Below, one piece after another: positions 31,365 to 43,234 of a stretch of DNA of 64,000 bases. Within the stretch, counting starts at the first letter, position 1. Every line of letters starts with the position of its first letter. Made by a program: the position numbers and the translations under genes. The notes below the pieces were generated by a model that worked only from the letters and a program-made list of their open reading frames with translations, was not told the DNA's origin and searched no databases. Location of the stretch: positions 1 to 64,000 of IMG/VR virus record IMGVR_UViG_3300027708_000051, one strand, 5' to 3'. Origin of the DNA: a virus.

Positions 31365-34300
31365 TGGCTACAGAAAAATTTACGTGTCCACCACAGACAG
31401 CATCAGGTTCAGGTACATTTTCCGATAATTTAGTTGGATTCCAGCTTGTTACCGGAGGTGGGCTAACGCAAGGTAATTTTGAGTTCACAACAGGTATTAC
31501 TGAAAAATCAAATAGAACTTTTACCACAGGTGCATTTTCCAATCCAATTAATTTAGAAGGATTAGGTGTTGATAGTGTAGCCCAATCTAAAACAATTTTT
31601 GAAAATAATTTTAAAGTATACCCAAATTTTGATATCACCCAAGTAACGAACTTTACATCATATGGGTCGATGGTTAAAAGGATTTCAACATCAGTTGAAA
31701 CTATTATTAGTAAATTCCCTGCGGCGTTAGAAGTAACGTTTATGGATGAAAATTATATTACAGGTACAACTGCGACAAATATTTCTTATAATCCAATTAC
31801 AAATGAAACAGAAATTGATTTAGATGTTACAAGAATTAGAAATCCATTTGATGTTGATTTTACGGTTAACGCAACTAGAAACTTAGAGTTAAGAGAAGTT
31901 CAAGTTTCTCCGTTAAGAAATATGACGACTCAGTTTATGAATTACTCGTTATATTATAGTGGTAATGGTTATGATGTCACACATATTGTTCCAACAACAT
32001 CATTGACATCAGGGATTCTTAAAATATATCTTAAAGGGAATGTTTTTCCAAATCAAACAGAAACTTATGATGACTTAGTTATTAGACCAAATGATTATCA
32101 AGTCAATCGAGTTTTTAATGAGGATTTAGACGAAGTTCAACGATTTTTATTAAATAGAAATGTTGTACCTATTTATACTGCGACATTCCAAGTTCCTAAT
32201 GAAAGTGACGATGGTACATTTTATATTCAAACTAAATTAGTTACTTGGCCTTTGTATGGTAAATGGAATTTAGATATTTTAACAAATTCATTTACAACTT
32301 ATTTAACAACATTAAATAATATTAGTGTGTTATTTGATGGGTATCAAACAAATTTAGTTTCAAGATTTTTAACAACAGACTCTCTTAAAGAATTTGACAC
32401 GTCTGACCAAAAGATTGAAAAAATATTACAAATATATGGTAGAAGTTTTGATGAAACTAAAAAATTCATCAATGGTTTGGCATATATGAACTCTGTTAAT
32501 TATAATACAGGTAATGATATTCCATCACAATTATTAAAAAATTTATCACAAACATTGGGTTGGTCGACAAATATGTCACCAATTACTAATGATGACTTTT
32601 TAGGTTCAGTATTTGGTCAAAAAAATGTGGATAAATCGGCATTTAGTGGTGTAGGTCAATCACAAACTCCGGATGAATTAAATTATCAATATTATAAAAA
32701 TTTAGTTCTAAATTCCGCTTATTTATTCAAATCAAAAGGAACAAGAAAATCTATTGAAACTTTAATGAGATTGATTGGAGCTCCGGATGCTTTAGTTGAG
32801 TTTAATGAATATGTTTATTTGGCGGACCAAAAAATAAATATTTCTGATTTTAATGCACAATATGCTAACATATCAGGTGGAACATATACTAAAATATTAC
32901 CAACATTAGATGGTGGATATACTTTTAGTATACAAGGTCATATATATTCAGGTTTCACAACAACATCTACATTACAAGAAGCGAATGTTACTAAGAGTGA
33001 TTACCCTATTGATAATAGTGGTTATCCAATGTCACCAGTTAACTCTGACACATATTTTTATCAAATGGGTAGTGGATGGTTTGAATCTACACCAAAACAT
33101 AGGTCTCCTGAACAACCTGATTTAACGACTAGTGTGTTTACGGGGTCTAATCCAAATTATCAAACAAAATTAACACCTTTTAGTTATGGTCAAGAATATT
33201 TAAATGTTTATAAATCATTTCCATTTACTGATTTAGGTTATAATTTGAGACCTGAAATAGATAATAACAAAAGTTGGGTTGATACTGAAATTGGAAATAG
33301 AAGTAATTTAGACGGAGGTTATAACGCATTATATAATGCTGGAAATGAAGGGTTAGTTATTAATGTAAAAAATATTGATTTATATTTAAATCCTGCACAA
33401 GGTTTAGTTTATGATGTTTGGTATATGTCTAGACAATTTAATTATCCTATTGCAAATGAAGGGTTAGGATATGTTGCACCAACAAGGTGTAATCCAAATC
33501 CTATTTCACCATATCCTCATAGAGGTGGAGTTGATTCAACAGTTATTAACCCACAACCATTAAAAGAAACATTTTTTGAATTTGCTCAAACATTTTGGAA
33601 AAATACTATTAACGTTAGAAATAGACAATATGCTACAGATGGAGGAACTAGTGGATATCCAACATTATCTTCAATCTATTGGAATTATTTACAATCAGAA
33701 TCTTTAGCGGGAGTTCAAAATGATAATTTTACATACAAAACAATGATTGAGTATGTAAGTGGAATGGGTGATTATTGGGTTAGATTAGTTGAACAGATGA
33801 TTCCGGGTACTACTATTTGGAATACTGGTGTTAAATTAGAAAATTCTATTTTTCATAGACAAAAATTTGTTTGGAGAAGACAAAGAGGTTGTGATTTAGT
33901 ACCTGTTCTTTGCAGACCTTGTAAATTTACGGGAAGTATTTATTTAAACAATTGTAATGTTTGGTCAAATGTTTGTAATAGATATCCGGATAAAGGTTTT
34001 GATGTTGTATTGGCAGATGTGATAAATAATTGGGCAAATCCTGTTAGTGGTCCTATTCCGGATACCTCAGGTTGTGATTTTAATACTATTAGTAGTAATT
34101 GGTTTGTTGACATTCGTATAAATGGGGTTAATATTCCTCAACCTTCATTCTTTACTGGCGGTGGACTTTATAATACGCCTAATTGTCCGTTACACAATGT
34201 GACCGATAGTTATCCTTGTTTAGAAGATTGGTCATACGCTTTAGACCAAACTCTACAACAAATGATTTCATTAGGGTATGATTATCGTTATGAAGATGTG

Positions 34301-34444
34301 TTTGGGAATGTTCTTGGATATGATAATAACCAAGCGGTTATTGTTAGAATATGGGATACAAATTGTTCTTCAACACAAATAATAAAAACTTTAACAATAA
34401 ATGTTGGTATACAATTTAGTATAACTTGTCAACAACTAATATAA
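31364..34444 (+). CDS. Baseplate wedge protein, gp7 / P2 gpI-like, with Cys-rich C-terminal domain
   Basis: IPSQLLKNLSQTLGW...AYLFKSKGTRKSIETLMRLIG resembles the gpI/gp7 KGT motif. Confidence 0.6.
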   Translation: MATEKFTCPPQTASGSGTFSDNLVGFQLVTGGGLTQGNFEFTTGITEKSNRTFTTGAFSNPINLEGLGVDSVAQSKTIFENNFKVYPNFDITQVTNFTSYGSMVKRISTSVETIISKFPAALEVTFMDENYITGTTATNISYNPITNETEIDLDVTRIRNPFDVDFTVNATRNLELREVQVSPLRNMTTQFMNYSLYYSGNGYDVTHIVPTTSLTSGILKIYLKGNVFPNQTETYDDLVIRPNDYQVNRVFNEDLDEVQRFLLNRNVVPIYTATFQVPNESDDGTFYIQTKLVTWPLYGKWNLDILTNSFTTYLTTLNNISVLFDGYQTNLVSRFLTTDSLKEFDTSDQKIEKILQIYGRSFDETKKFINGLAYMNSVNYNTGNDIPSQLLKNLSQTLGWSTNMSPITNDDFLGSVFGQKNVDKSAFSGVGQSQTPDELNYQYYKNLVLNSAYLFKSKGTRKSIETLMRLIGAPDALVEFNEYVYLADQKINISDFNAQYANISGGTYTKILPTLDGGYTFSIQGHIYSGFTTTSTLQEANVTKSDYPIDNSGYPMSPVNSDTYFYQMGSGWFESTPKHRSPEQPDLTTSVFTGSNPNYQTKLTPFSYGQEYLNVYKSFPFTDLGYNLRPEIDNNKSWVDTEIGNRSNLDGGYNALYNAGNEGLVINVKNIDLYLNPAQGLVYDVWYMSRQFNYPIANEGLGYVAPTRCNPNPISPYPHRGGVDSTVINPQPLKETFFEFAQTFWKNTINVRNRQYATDGGTSGYPTLSSIYWNYLQSESLAGVQNDNFTYKTMIEYVSGMGDYWVRLVEQMIPGTTIWNTGVKLENSIFHRQKFVWRRQRGCDLVPVLCRPCKFTGSIYLNNCNVWSNVCNRYPDKGFDVVLADVINNWANPVSGPIPDTSGCDFNTISSNWFVDIRINGVNIPQPSFFTGGGLYNTPNCPLHNVTDSYPCLEDWSYALDQTLQQMISLGYDYRYEDVFGNVLGYDNNQAVIVRIWDTNCSSTQIIKTLTINVGIQFSITCQQLI

Positions 34445-34486
34445 TAATGAATATAAACTTTACCATAAATTGAATATAATAAATAA

Positions 34487-37400
34487 ATGAGTTGTTTTTT
34501 ATCATATAATGCTAGTATAACGGGAGATTGTACTAATCTTAACTTAGGGTCATTTACCATTACAATTAATGGTAATGCTCCCGACTATACAATTCAATGG
34601 TTATCACCGACCACAGGTACAACTGCGTTAGGTGCTGGTGTTACTGCGTATACTCAAACTAATTTATCTGCCGGTACATACTCATTTAATATTATTGATA
34701 GTTGTATTTCGGGTAATACAGTACAACCTGTTAATATTTACATATCTAGTGGAACTTGTGTTTCAATTACAAATGTTACTGATACTGTATGTGATGCGAG
34801 TAACGGTTCTTTAATTGTGGAAACTAGTAATTTTTATGGTAACGCGGTATTTTCATTATACAGTGAAACAACAGGTTTAATTTCAACATTTTATCCAACA
34901 AACAATTCATATTTATTTAATAATTTATCGTCTGGCATTTATTACGTGATTGCCAATGATGGAGGTGGATGTACAGGTAAATCTGAAAGCGTAATTGTTA
35001 AAAATTCATCAAATTTAAATTTTGGTTTATATGTTGTTGATGATGCGGGATGTGCATCTAATTCAGGTAAAATATTTATAACAGGTTTAACAGGCACACC
35101 ACCATATACTTATTTATGGTCTAATGGGGGAACTAATGATAGTATTACAGGTTTAACAGAAGGTGTTTATACAGTAACGGTAACTGACAGTAGTTATTGT
35201 TCTATTAGTAATACTGCGGTAATAAATAAAATATCACCAGTTGGGTTAGGTGCGATTTATTTAACACAACCAACTTGTTTTACGGCGGATGGTGAGGTGG
35301 AAATTATTATAACAGGTGGTACCGCACCATTTTATTATTTAGGGTCTAATGGAGTTACAAATGTTACATTTGATAGAACAGTTGTTTTTACGGGATTAGG
35401 TCCGGGAGGGTTTACCATTCAAGTTACTGACGCGGGATTATGTACTTTTACTGCAAGAACAAAGTTATTAACACCAAAAGGTATGTCTGCAGTATCAGTT
35501 GACATTACTAATTCAACTTGTAATGATTTTTCAGGTGTTGTTGGTCCTATTGTTGTGTTTGGTGGAACAGCACCTTATACGTTTACTTTGACAGATTCGT
35601 CAGGAAAACAAAATTCAAACACCGTTTATCAACCAAATTATATATTTAATAATTTATCTTCAGGTGATTATACTTTAGATATTACTGATAATGGTGGTTG
35701 TACATTCACAAGTGCTTATACGATTAATAACGTAGTTACCTTTGAATTATTTGCATCAACTATTGGTACAACTTGTGATGGTGATAACGGTTCAGTTACT
35801 TTAGAAATAACAAGTGGTGGGACGCCTCCTTATAGATACGAAATAAATGGTCAATCTATAAATAATGTATCATTAACTTCATATACATTTAACAATTTAG
35901 TTAGTGGTAATTATGTTGGAAGTGTAATAGATTCATCATTATGTAAACAAAGTCAAACATTTACCATTAACCAATCAAATACTATTGATTTTCATTTATT
36001 AGGTGAAAACTCAGTAAATGACGATGGAATTATTACTGCTTATATAACAAACGGAACACCTCCATTCACATTATATTTTAATGGTGATACTTCGGGAACT
36101 ACAGTTATGACAATACCTGATTTACCTGCGGGTAATTATTCGGTTAGAATTGTTGATAGTTCAGGATGTTCAAAAACAAAAAAAATACCAATTAAGGGTG
36201 AAAACCAATTTAACTCTGTAGGGTATTATAATGTTTGTCAGGGGTCATTTGACTCTCCAATAGCTGTCTTATCAAACATTAGACAATTTTTTTATGAAGG
36301 TTATAATGAATTGATAACACAAGGGTTTATATCATCAGGTTATACTAATTGTATGTTAACCGGAGCAACATTTTCGGCACAAACGACTGTTGGTGATTGT
36401 GTTAATTCAGTTATTTTTCATACGGGGACTTCTATAACAGATTATCCAACTGATGAATTATGGTTTTCGGCTATTACAACCTTAATTGAGTCTTGTCCTC
36501 AAATTGGGGATGGTAACATTGATATTGATTCGTTAAATAATACAATCACAGTCACGACAAATTGTGAACCTGAATCTTTACATAATTCAAATGTTTTAGT
36601 GGAACTAAGGATTGATTATGAAATTGAGTGTGTTTGTCCACCTGTAACCCCAAGTCCAACACCAACACCAACTTATACACCAACACAAACTCATACACCA
36701 ACACCAACTTATACACCAACACTAACAATGACACCTGGTGCTTCACCACCAGTGACTCCAACACACACCCCTACACCAAGTATTACACGAACTCATACAC
36801 CAACACCAACAATAACACAAACTAAAACTCCGACACTTACACCAAGTATAACGCCTACTCATACGCCAACACCGTCACCTAAAGACAAATATTATGTATA
36901 CTTAATGTGTGGAGAACACCCAAGTAACACAACGGTAGTAATTCAAACAGTTCCTGCGATACTAAATAATGTGATTAATGATGTTATACTTGATTTAACC
37001 CATAAGATTTGTTGGCAATTAGTTGATATTGGTACTAATCTACAACAATTACAATCTCAATGGAATGGTACTACTTACAATAATTATTTTACAGGTGGAG
37101 TAACACTATTCCCATATATTCCAACTAAAACACCTTGTGATGATTGTAAAAAAGCACTTGAAGCTTTACCGGTCCCAATTAAAAGTGATTGCCCAACTAG
37201 TTTAAGAAATTGGAGTGATTGTAAAGGTGCTGATGTTACTGGTGAAATATATATTATAACACCAAATGGTGTTGCAAGTCTTGTTTATTCATTTGGACCT
37301 AATTTTGATGTTAACTTATATCTTGGTAGTTTACCAACAAACAGTGGTGATATTATTAAAATAATATTAACACCACCATTAGACGGGGGGTCAATTGTTA

Positions 37401-37990
37401 CATTAAATGTTACAGGTAATGCACCGTATTCGCAAACAAGTAATGAATCAATAGTATATGAGTTTAAAACCGTATGTAACCAAAAAGGTGATGGTAGTAG
37501 TATAGAAATTTTCTCAACTTGTAAAGGTTCTATACCTTCAATAACTTTGTACAGTACTTCGTATAGTGAGGCAGGAATTCTTCCATCAACTTATTATTCA
37601 ACATCTTGTTTACAAAGTAATACTTCACCAGCAATGACTTGGATTTTAAATAATTTTAATGGATTATCTGTTTTTAGTTTTGAAATACTTTGTGAAGATT
37701 TAAATGCGTCGGGTAGTAGTCCAAATGGTTATTTTGTTCATTGGTGGGTTAAAGATATAGACCCAACTCAATTAGATATTACTGCTGCGGGTAGTTGGGT
37801 TAGTGCGACAGTTCTACCAACCGATTATGGTTCAGGTGATGACGCTAACGGATGGAATGGACCTTGTCCTTTAACTGCACCTTCTAATCACAACTATAGA
37901 ATACAAATAACTGCTAATTTAGTTATTGGTGGTCCTTTAGTTAGTAATTACTCAACATTTGTTGGACCTTGTATATCACCATTCTGTTAA
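34487..37990 (+). CDS. SprB-repeat fibre/adhesin with PT linker and C-terminal PEBP (YbhB/YbcL-like) domain
   Basis: About 7 repeats of the GGT(A/P)PY..W/Y...L..G.Y...V.D..GC type; TPTPT linker at about 36640-36880; C-terminal SPAMTW...EDLNA...FVHWWV...GWNGPCP...HNYRIQI. Confidence 0.7.
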   Translation: MSCFLSYNASITGDCTNLNLGSFTITINGNAPDYTIQWLSPTTGTTALGAGVTAYTQTNLSAGTYSFNIIDSCISGNTVQPVNIYISSGTCVSITNVTDTVCDASNGSLIVETSNFYGNAVFSLYSETTGLISTFYPTNNSYLFNNLSSGIYYVIANDGGGCTGKSESVIVKNSSNLNFGLYVVDDAGCASNSGKIFITGLTGTPPYTYLWSNGGTNDSITGLTEGVYTVTVTDSSYCSISNTAVINKISPVGLGAIYLTQPTCFTADGEVEIIITGGTAPFYYLGSNGVTNVTFDRTVVFTGLGPGGFTIQVTDAGLCTFTARTKLLTPKGMSAVSVDITNSTCNDFSGVVGPIVVFGGTAPYTFTLTDSSGKQNSNTVYQPNYIFNNLSSGDYTLDITDNGGCTFTSAYTINNVVTFELFASTIGTTCDGDNGSVTLEITSGGTPPYRYEINGQSINNVSLTSYTFNNLVSGNYVGSVIDSSLCKQSQTFTINQSNTIDFHLLGENSVNDDGIITAYITNGTPPFTLYFNGDTSGTTVMTIPDLPAGNYSVRIVDSSGCSKTKKIPIKGENQFNSVGYYNVCQGSFDSPIAVLSNIRQFFYEGYNELITQGFISSGYTNCMLTGATFSAQTTVGDCVNSVIFHTGTSITDYPTDELWFSAITTLIESCPQIGDGNIDIDSLNNTITVTTNCEPESLHNSNVLVELRIDYEIECVCPPVTPSPTPTPTYTPTQTHTPTPTYTPTLTMTPGASPPVTPTHTPTPSITRTHTPTPTITQTKTPTLTPSITPTHTPTPSPKDKYYVYLMCGEHPSNTTVVIQTVPAILNNVINDVILDLTHKICWQLVDIGTNLQQLQSQWNGTTYNNYFTGGVTLFPYIPTKTPCDDCKKALEALPVPIKSDCPTSLRNWSDCKGADVTGEIYIITPNGVASLVYSFGPNFDVNLYLGSLPTNSGDIIKIILTPPLDGGSIVTLNVTGNAPYSQTSNESIVYEFKTVCNQKGDGSSIEIFSTCKGSIPSITLYSTSYSEAGILPSTYYSTSCLQSNTSPAMTWILNNFNGLSVFSFEILCEDLNASGSSPNGYFVHWWVKDIDPTQLDITAAGSWVSATVLPTDYGSGDDANGWNGPCPLTAPSNHNYRIQITANLVIGGPLVSNYSTFVGPCISPFC
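36640..36880 (+). repeat. Pro/Thr-rich (TPTPT) coding repeat
   Basis: Tandem ACACCA-type codons encoding [21 protein letters not shown]... Confidence 0.9.
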
Positions 37991-38030
37991 TAAATAAAAA
38001 ACCCCTCCGAAAAGAGGGGTTATTTATTTT
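37991..38030. terminator. Bidirectional terminator between convergent operons
   Basis: A tract, AACCCCTC-CGAAAA-GAGGGGTT, T tract; lies between stops at 37990 (+) and 38030 (-). Confidence 0.85.
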
Positions 38031-38629
38031 TACCAAATTTGTTCTTGTCTCATATGACCTAAGACACAACAATAAGCATCTGTTTGGTCGAAGTTTTCTT
38101 TTTTAAGAGTATTGTTTCTTGTGTATTGCCAAGTGATTTGAGGTTCTTTTTTTGCTATTAAATCCCAAATGATTAGTTTCTTGTCTATGTCTTTTGGAAG
38201 ACCACCAAATAAGACAAATTTACCTTTGTCGTTTTCTTTAACTAATTCAGGGAATGCGAACTTACGAGAGTTGTATGTTGATATGAAGTCAGGAACTATC
38301 CCTAAAACGTCGTAAATTTCTTTTGTGACCAAAGTATTAAACCTTAATAAAGTTTGTACTGTATAGACGTTGTTTGAGTTTAATAAGGGTTCCTCAATGA
38401 TTACTTTAGTAATTCCCATATCTTTATATTCTAAAAGCTTACTTCTAAAGATTTCTCCTTTAAGAAGTAATTCTTTTATTTTATTTTCTTCCTTTGGTTT
38501 TGGAGTTGGGGAAATGTGAGTTAATTCTAATAATTCTTTACTTTGTATGTCAAATAATGCCCAACCAATAGTTTTGGTTGAAACATCAAGCCCTAAAACT
38601 TTAGGGCTTTCTTTTAATGTTTTCTTCAT
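38030..38629 (-). CDS. RuvC-like Holliday junction resolvase
   Basis: VLGLDVSTKTIGWA, VIIEEP, DQTDAY catalytic pattern. Confidence 0.8.
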   Translation of the reverse strand: MKKTLKESPKVLGLDVSTKTIGWALFDIQSKELLELTHISPTPKPKEENKIKELLLKGEIFRSKLLEYKDMGITKVIIEEPLLNSNNVYTVQTLLRFNTLVTKEIYDVLGIVPDFISTYNSRKFAFPELVKENDKGKFVLFGGLPKDIDKKLIIWDLIAKKEPQITWQYTRNNTLKKENFDQTDAYCCVLGHMRQEQIW

Positions 38630-38632
38630 ATG

Positions 38633-41050
38633 TTAAAAATCAAATTTTACTAAAAACTGTTGAACACCCTGTCTTTGAACAGGTGATTGTAGCTTTGATA
38701 CAATCATAAGATTCATTTCGTTATCGTAAAGACCAATTTCTGAAATATATGGTGATAATCCTTGAGACCAACTTGGATTTGATGAATGTTGGAATTCTGC
38801 TTGACCAAGATTTATTTTATATCTCATTTCATAAATGGTTGCTTGAATGTCGGTTTCAATTGAACCATAGAAGTAATATTCATCACCAAAATTAAGGGTT
38901 TGACCTGATTGATTAACTGTTGGTAGTGAAATAAAGTTGTTTAAATGATATGTATTTGAACTTGCAGCGTCATATAATGCTTTTGTAATTACAAAAGTAT
39001 TTGATGTTAGACCAATTTCAGTTATGTAACCATTTAATGTTGATGCACTTAGTTGGTTAGTAAAATCAATTAATCTCCATTCATCAGATGATGGTCTTCC
39101 ACCATTTTCAACAATTTGACAAATAATTTGGAATGTATTTGCAACATATCCATTAACAAGGGTATTATTAAGTATTTGATTTAAACAATTAAAATCTCCT
39201 CCAAATTTAACTACCACATCTTGTTGACCTGGTGTTCCACAATCAACATTTGGACCTACTATTGTTGAGTAATAATTACAATGTAATGAATCGGTTGCAC
39301 CTGATGATGTATTTGTTAATAAATAACTAACATACATAATTTGATTAGTTCCTGTTAAAACACCTGAACCTGAAGTATTGGTTGTTAAATTACAACTATT
39401 CGGTGTTATTAATGATGTTGTTGCTGCAGGTAAAGTCCAGTTACGATTTGATTTATAAGATAATGCGGCAATTAATTCCTCATCATCAATTACTATAATT
39501 TTTTGGTCCGGAAAAACTTTACCAACTCTACTTGGTTTTCCGTTACTACTATTAGGGTGAGAATCCCATAAAAGATAATAACGAATACCTGGGTCATTCA
39601 TATCACTATTTTTAGTTGATTTAATATAGTGAGGTTGAAATACGTCGATAAACACCATATCATCAGGTGGAACAACATAAAATGTTTCACCTTTACAACA
39701 ATTAGGATTTTTATGCCAAGTTAACCAAGGCAAATGTAATTTAAAGTTTCTTGCATCTCCGGTTACATCTACAGGGTTTGTTCCGTTAATAGGTTGTTCT
39801 AAGGCAAATTTTTCACCGTAAAAGAAATCGATAGTATTGTTTGTATAATGAATAATTGCAATTGCTTTTTGTTCTTCAGGAGTTACTACAATTTTATTAC
39901 TAAATGAATCGTAATAATAAACTGAGTCTTCAATATTCATATTCATATCAACAAATGTTTGACCACTACTTGTCATATAACCTAAATACTCTTTAGTTCC
40001 AAGATAAGATTTGGACCCAAAATATGTGTAATCTTGATATGGTGAAACTAATCCTGCCGGATTTTCTGACCAAGGAATATTCATATTCCAAACTTTAACG
40101 TCAAATTGGTCTGTGTTACATATAGATTCAAAATTAATTACGTCTGTATTCCAATGTTCTGTTGGTGTTATACTGTCATATAAATCAGTCATATTTGGTG
40201 GATAAACTAAAGTTCTAACATAAGTACATCCTGAGGCAATATATGAATAATCAGGAGTTTCTCTATCTAATGTGATAACAAATCCACAAATATCGACAAT
40301 TTTATATGTTAAAATATTATAACAACTATTAACATCGACAAATGTATTAACAACGGGAGTTGGAGTACAACCGGTTGGTGTTGTGACACAACAAGTTGAT
40401 GATGGGGTTGGAGTTGGTAATGGAGGTAAACACGCATCGTATGATGGTGTTACTGTTGGTGTTGGTGTCGGTGTAGGAGATACTGGAGTGTTAGTTCCAC
40501 AATAAATTGTGTTACCATCAAAATAAATTGTTATAATATCACCTTTAGATGGTAACCTAACAATATTGGTGTTACAACCTGAATAAAATACTTCTATAGT
40601 AGTTCCACCTGTAAAAGTTGAAATATCTACTACATAATTAGAATATATAACATATTGACTATCTGTGTAAGCACTCCAATTAGATACCGATAATGATGTG
40701 TCACCACTAAAAAAACCTCTCATTGTTGCTCTGTTATAAATTGGAGACACAATTGGATTTGAAAATGGGATACCATATGTGCTGGTATTATTTTGGTCTA
40801 CATATATAGGGTATTTAACATTTTGTTTATTCATTTGTCCCGGAGCGGAATTCTGTGAATTAAAGTTAGGTTCTAATATATTGTTATTAGATAAATTATA
40901 AGATGTTCCGCTTAAGGTGTTGTATGAAATTTCACTATCCCCTACTTGGAAATATGAAATATTAAAATTACCTTGAGATAGTTTTAATCTACCTGTATCG
41001 GTTAATCTTGTATTAATTAATGCTGATGTATTTTTAACTATATATGCCAT
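38633..41050 (-). CDS. Tail-fibre attachment / baseplate protein (P2 gpH N-terminal-like motifs) with PT linker
   Basis: N-terminal LTDTGRLKL..G.FNISYFQVGDSE and C-terminal ISEIGLYDNEMNLMIVSKL resemble the two halves of the tail-collar fibre anchor domain. Confidence 0.55.
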   Translation of the reverse strand: MAYIVKNTSALINTRLTDTGRLKLSQGNFNISYFQVGDSEISYNTLSGTSYNLSNNNILEPNFNSQNSAPGQMNKQNVKYPIYVDQNNTSTYGIPFSNPIVSPIYNRATMRGFFSGDTSLSVSNWSAYTDSQYVIYSNYVVDISTFTGGTTIEVFYSGCNTNIVRLPSKGDIITIYFDGNTIYCGTNTPVSPTPTPTPTVTPSYDACLPPLPTPTPSSTCCVTTPTGCTPTPVVNTFVDVNSCYNILTYKIVDICGFVITLDRETPDYSYIASGCTYVRTLVYPPNMTDLYDSITPTEHWNTDVINFESICNTDQFDVKVWNMNIPWSENPAGLVSPYQDYTYFGSKSYLGTKEYLGYMTSSGQTFVDMNMNIEDSVYYYDSFSNKIVVTPEEQKAIAIIHYTNNTIDFFYGEKFALEQPINGTNPVDVTGDARNFKLHLPWLTWHKNPNCCKGETFYVVPPDDMVFIDVFQPHYIKSTKNSDMNDPGIRYYLLWDSHPNSSNGKPSRVGKVFPDQKIIVIDDEELIAALSYKSNRNWTLPAATTSLITPNSCNLTTNTSGSGVLTGTNQIMYVSYLLTNTSSGATDSLHCNYYSTIVGPNVDCGTPGQQDVVVKFGGDFNCLNQILNNTLVNGYVANTFQIICQIVENGGRPSSDEWRLIDFTNQLSASTLNGYITEIGLTSNTFVITKALYDAASSNTYHLNNFISLPTVNQSGQTLNFGDEYYFYGSIETDIQATIYEMRYKINLGQAEFQHSSNPSWSQGLSPYISEIGLYDNEMNLMIVSKLQSPVQRQGVQQFLVKFDF

Positions 41051-41077
41051 ATCGTATAAATATTCTGTGTTTTATTA

Positions 41078-43234
41078 TTAGTTAATTTTTATTGAACAAC
41101 AATCACATCCACTAATAACAGGATTACTAATTGAATAACTATCATTACTATATCCAACAACACACTCACCTAATGTTGTTTTATCAACTCTTGATGTTGT
41201 GCTAATAGTTATTGTGTCACTATTAGTAAGTGTTAATGAATTCCAAACCTCATCAACATTTGACTGATAAACATATTCTTTTTGACAATTTGTAATTGTG
41301 TTGACAGATTCGTTAGTGTAGTTTGATGTATTACTTAATGGTATCGTAGTGCTATTTTTAGATAGTACTGTTGATGTTGTTAATATTGATGTTCCACTAT
41401 TTGGTGATGAATAAAAACTATTGTTATGTATTATATCAAATGTGATTGTTGTTCCATCAGGTAATGGTGGATTAATAATAACTGTTGTTTCATAAGAATT
41501 GACTAATGATGTATTATTATTAACCGGAGTTGTGTTAGTTGTATAAAGTGATAAACTATATGTTGTTAATTGAGTTGGTTTATCTAAAGTAACTGAACTT
41601 GTATATGTTTCACCCAAAGAATCAATAACTGATAAATCATATATTCCACTACAAAGATTTGTAAATATAGGTGATGATGAATAATTTACACCATTATCAA
41701 TAGAATAATTAAATGGAGGGTTATCCAACTGAATGTTAAATATAATACTTCCGTCACATAAACAAGTTGGTTGATTAACACTTACTGGTGGTAATTGTTT
41801 TCTTGTTGGACCACAACTACCTTCATTAACAATAATTGATGAAATTGATATAGGACTAAATTCATTACCACTTGATAACCAATTAGTTGGGTATGTTGTT
41901 GTCGTGGTTAATTGTGATGTTGAAAATATTGTGTTACCGTAAATTTGTGTTGATAATAACCACTGATTACCAACTTTATTAATTGTCGATTGAGGGTTAT
42001 CATCACCTATCCAAATTGGATTATTATTTGAATCTAATGAATCGTAAGTGAAATGTATAACAATTGGTAAACGTCGTCTATTTGGTTGTATTGTTAAACA
42101 AAAATCAGAATATGTGGTAATTGTTGGAACTATTAATACAACAGTATTATCCGGACAAAGAGGATTATATATGTATATAACACCAGTATCGTTTGGTACT
42201 TCAATAATAACACCCGTTTGTAATGTACTTAGTGATAAATTTTCAGCCAAATCCCCTGATGGCACCATTATTGGGATATATCCTGGAGATGGTGGTGCGG
42301 CATTATAGTAAATTGTGTATGGTTCGGGTGATGTCCCGTCAGTTATTTGTATTGTATAATAATATTTAGTATTATCAAAAGGGTATATTGGAGCTGATGG
42401 GTCACACCAATTACCACATATTGTTTCTGATAAAACTGTAATATTAGTTCCACTAAATGTACCTTGAATACAAGGTGTGTCATTGACTTCAATACCGGCA
42501 CCATATGGTAAGCATTCACCTAATTCAGAACCACAAGGTATCCAACAGATAAGCCCTGGTGTTTGGACAGTAAAGATATAACTTTTACAATAACATTCAA
42601 CAGGGGGAGGTGTATAATTTGCGATACTACCACTAAACACACAATCTCTTTCTGTAAGAATTGTACAAACAGTTGTTGCGGTAAAATCACCCCAATAATC
42701 CACTGTGGTTGCGGTATAAGAACCATTAGAAAGTCCGTTAAGTGCCGGTGATACAATATTGTAATTCAACCAAGTAGTTTTATATGGTGGAGTTCCTCCG
42801 CTAATTGAAAGAGATACTTCACCATCATAAGCATCGACTGAAGATGGATTAGATATCTCACATTCAACCACCATTGGTAAAATAGTTATAATTCCACAAT
42901 CGTTTTTATATCCGACAATTATTGGTGTAACAACTGGTGTTGGGTTAACACAGTTATAATTAGGATTATCATTCAAACATTTTAAACAATCAAATGAGAT
43001 AGTGTTAGTAATGATTGGTGTAACATTATATATTGTAATATTTGGTAATGGTTGACTTCCTGATGTTCCACTATAGGAAACACACCCTGAAAACGAACCC
43101 ACAGATAATGGATAACCAGGGTTATTTGTTGGGTCAAACCAAGATGACCAATCATCCGTTGCCCCTGAAGTAATACCAAATGGAGGGAAACCACCACAAC
43201 ACTGTTTAAAATAATATATAATACCTGATTCCAT
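41078..43234 (-). CDS. Cys-rich SprB-repeat-containing virion protein
   Basis: ISGGTPPYKTTW...LNGLSNGSYTATTVD and PPFNYSIDNG...FTNLCSGIYDLSVID; start 43234 (MESG) preferred because TATTTATA lies 18 nt upstream. Confidence 0.6.
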   Translation of the reverse strand: MESGIIYYFKQCCGGFPPFGITSGATDDWSSWFDPTNNPGYPLSVGSFSGCVSYSGTSGSQPLPNITIYNVTPIITNTISFDCLKCLNDNPNYNCVNPTPVVTPIIVGYKNDCGIITILPMVVECEISNPSSVDAYDGEVSLSISGGTPPYKTTWLNYNIVSPALNGLSNGSYTATTVDYWGDFTATTVCTILTERDCVFSGSIANYTPPPVECYCKSYIFTVQTPGLICWIPCGSELGECLPYGAGIEVNDTPCIQGTFSGTNITVLSETICGNWCDPSAPIYPFDNTKYYYTIQITDGTSPEPYTIYYNAAPPSPGYIPIMVPSGDLAENLSLSTLQTGVIIEVPNDTGVIYIYNPLCPDNTVVLIVPTITTYSDFCLTIQPNRRRLPIVIHFTYDSLDSNNNPIWIGDDNPQSTINKVGNQWLLSTQIYGNTIFSTSQLTTTTTYPTNWLSSGNEFSPISISSIIVNEGSCGPTRKQLPPVSVNQPTCLCDGSIIFNIQLDNPPFNYSIDNGVNYSSSPIFTNLCSGIYDLSVIDSLGETYTSSVTLDKPTQLTTYSLSLYTTNTTPVNNNTSLVNSYETTVIINPPLPDGTTITFDIIHNNSFYSSPNSGTSILTTSTVLSKNSTTIPLSNTSNYTNESVNTITNCQKEYVYQSNVDEVWNSLTLTNSDTITISTTSRVDKTTLGECVVGYSNDSYSISNPVISGCDCCSIKIN

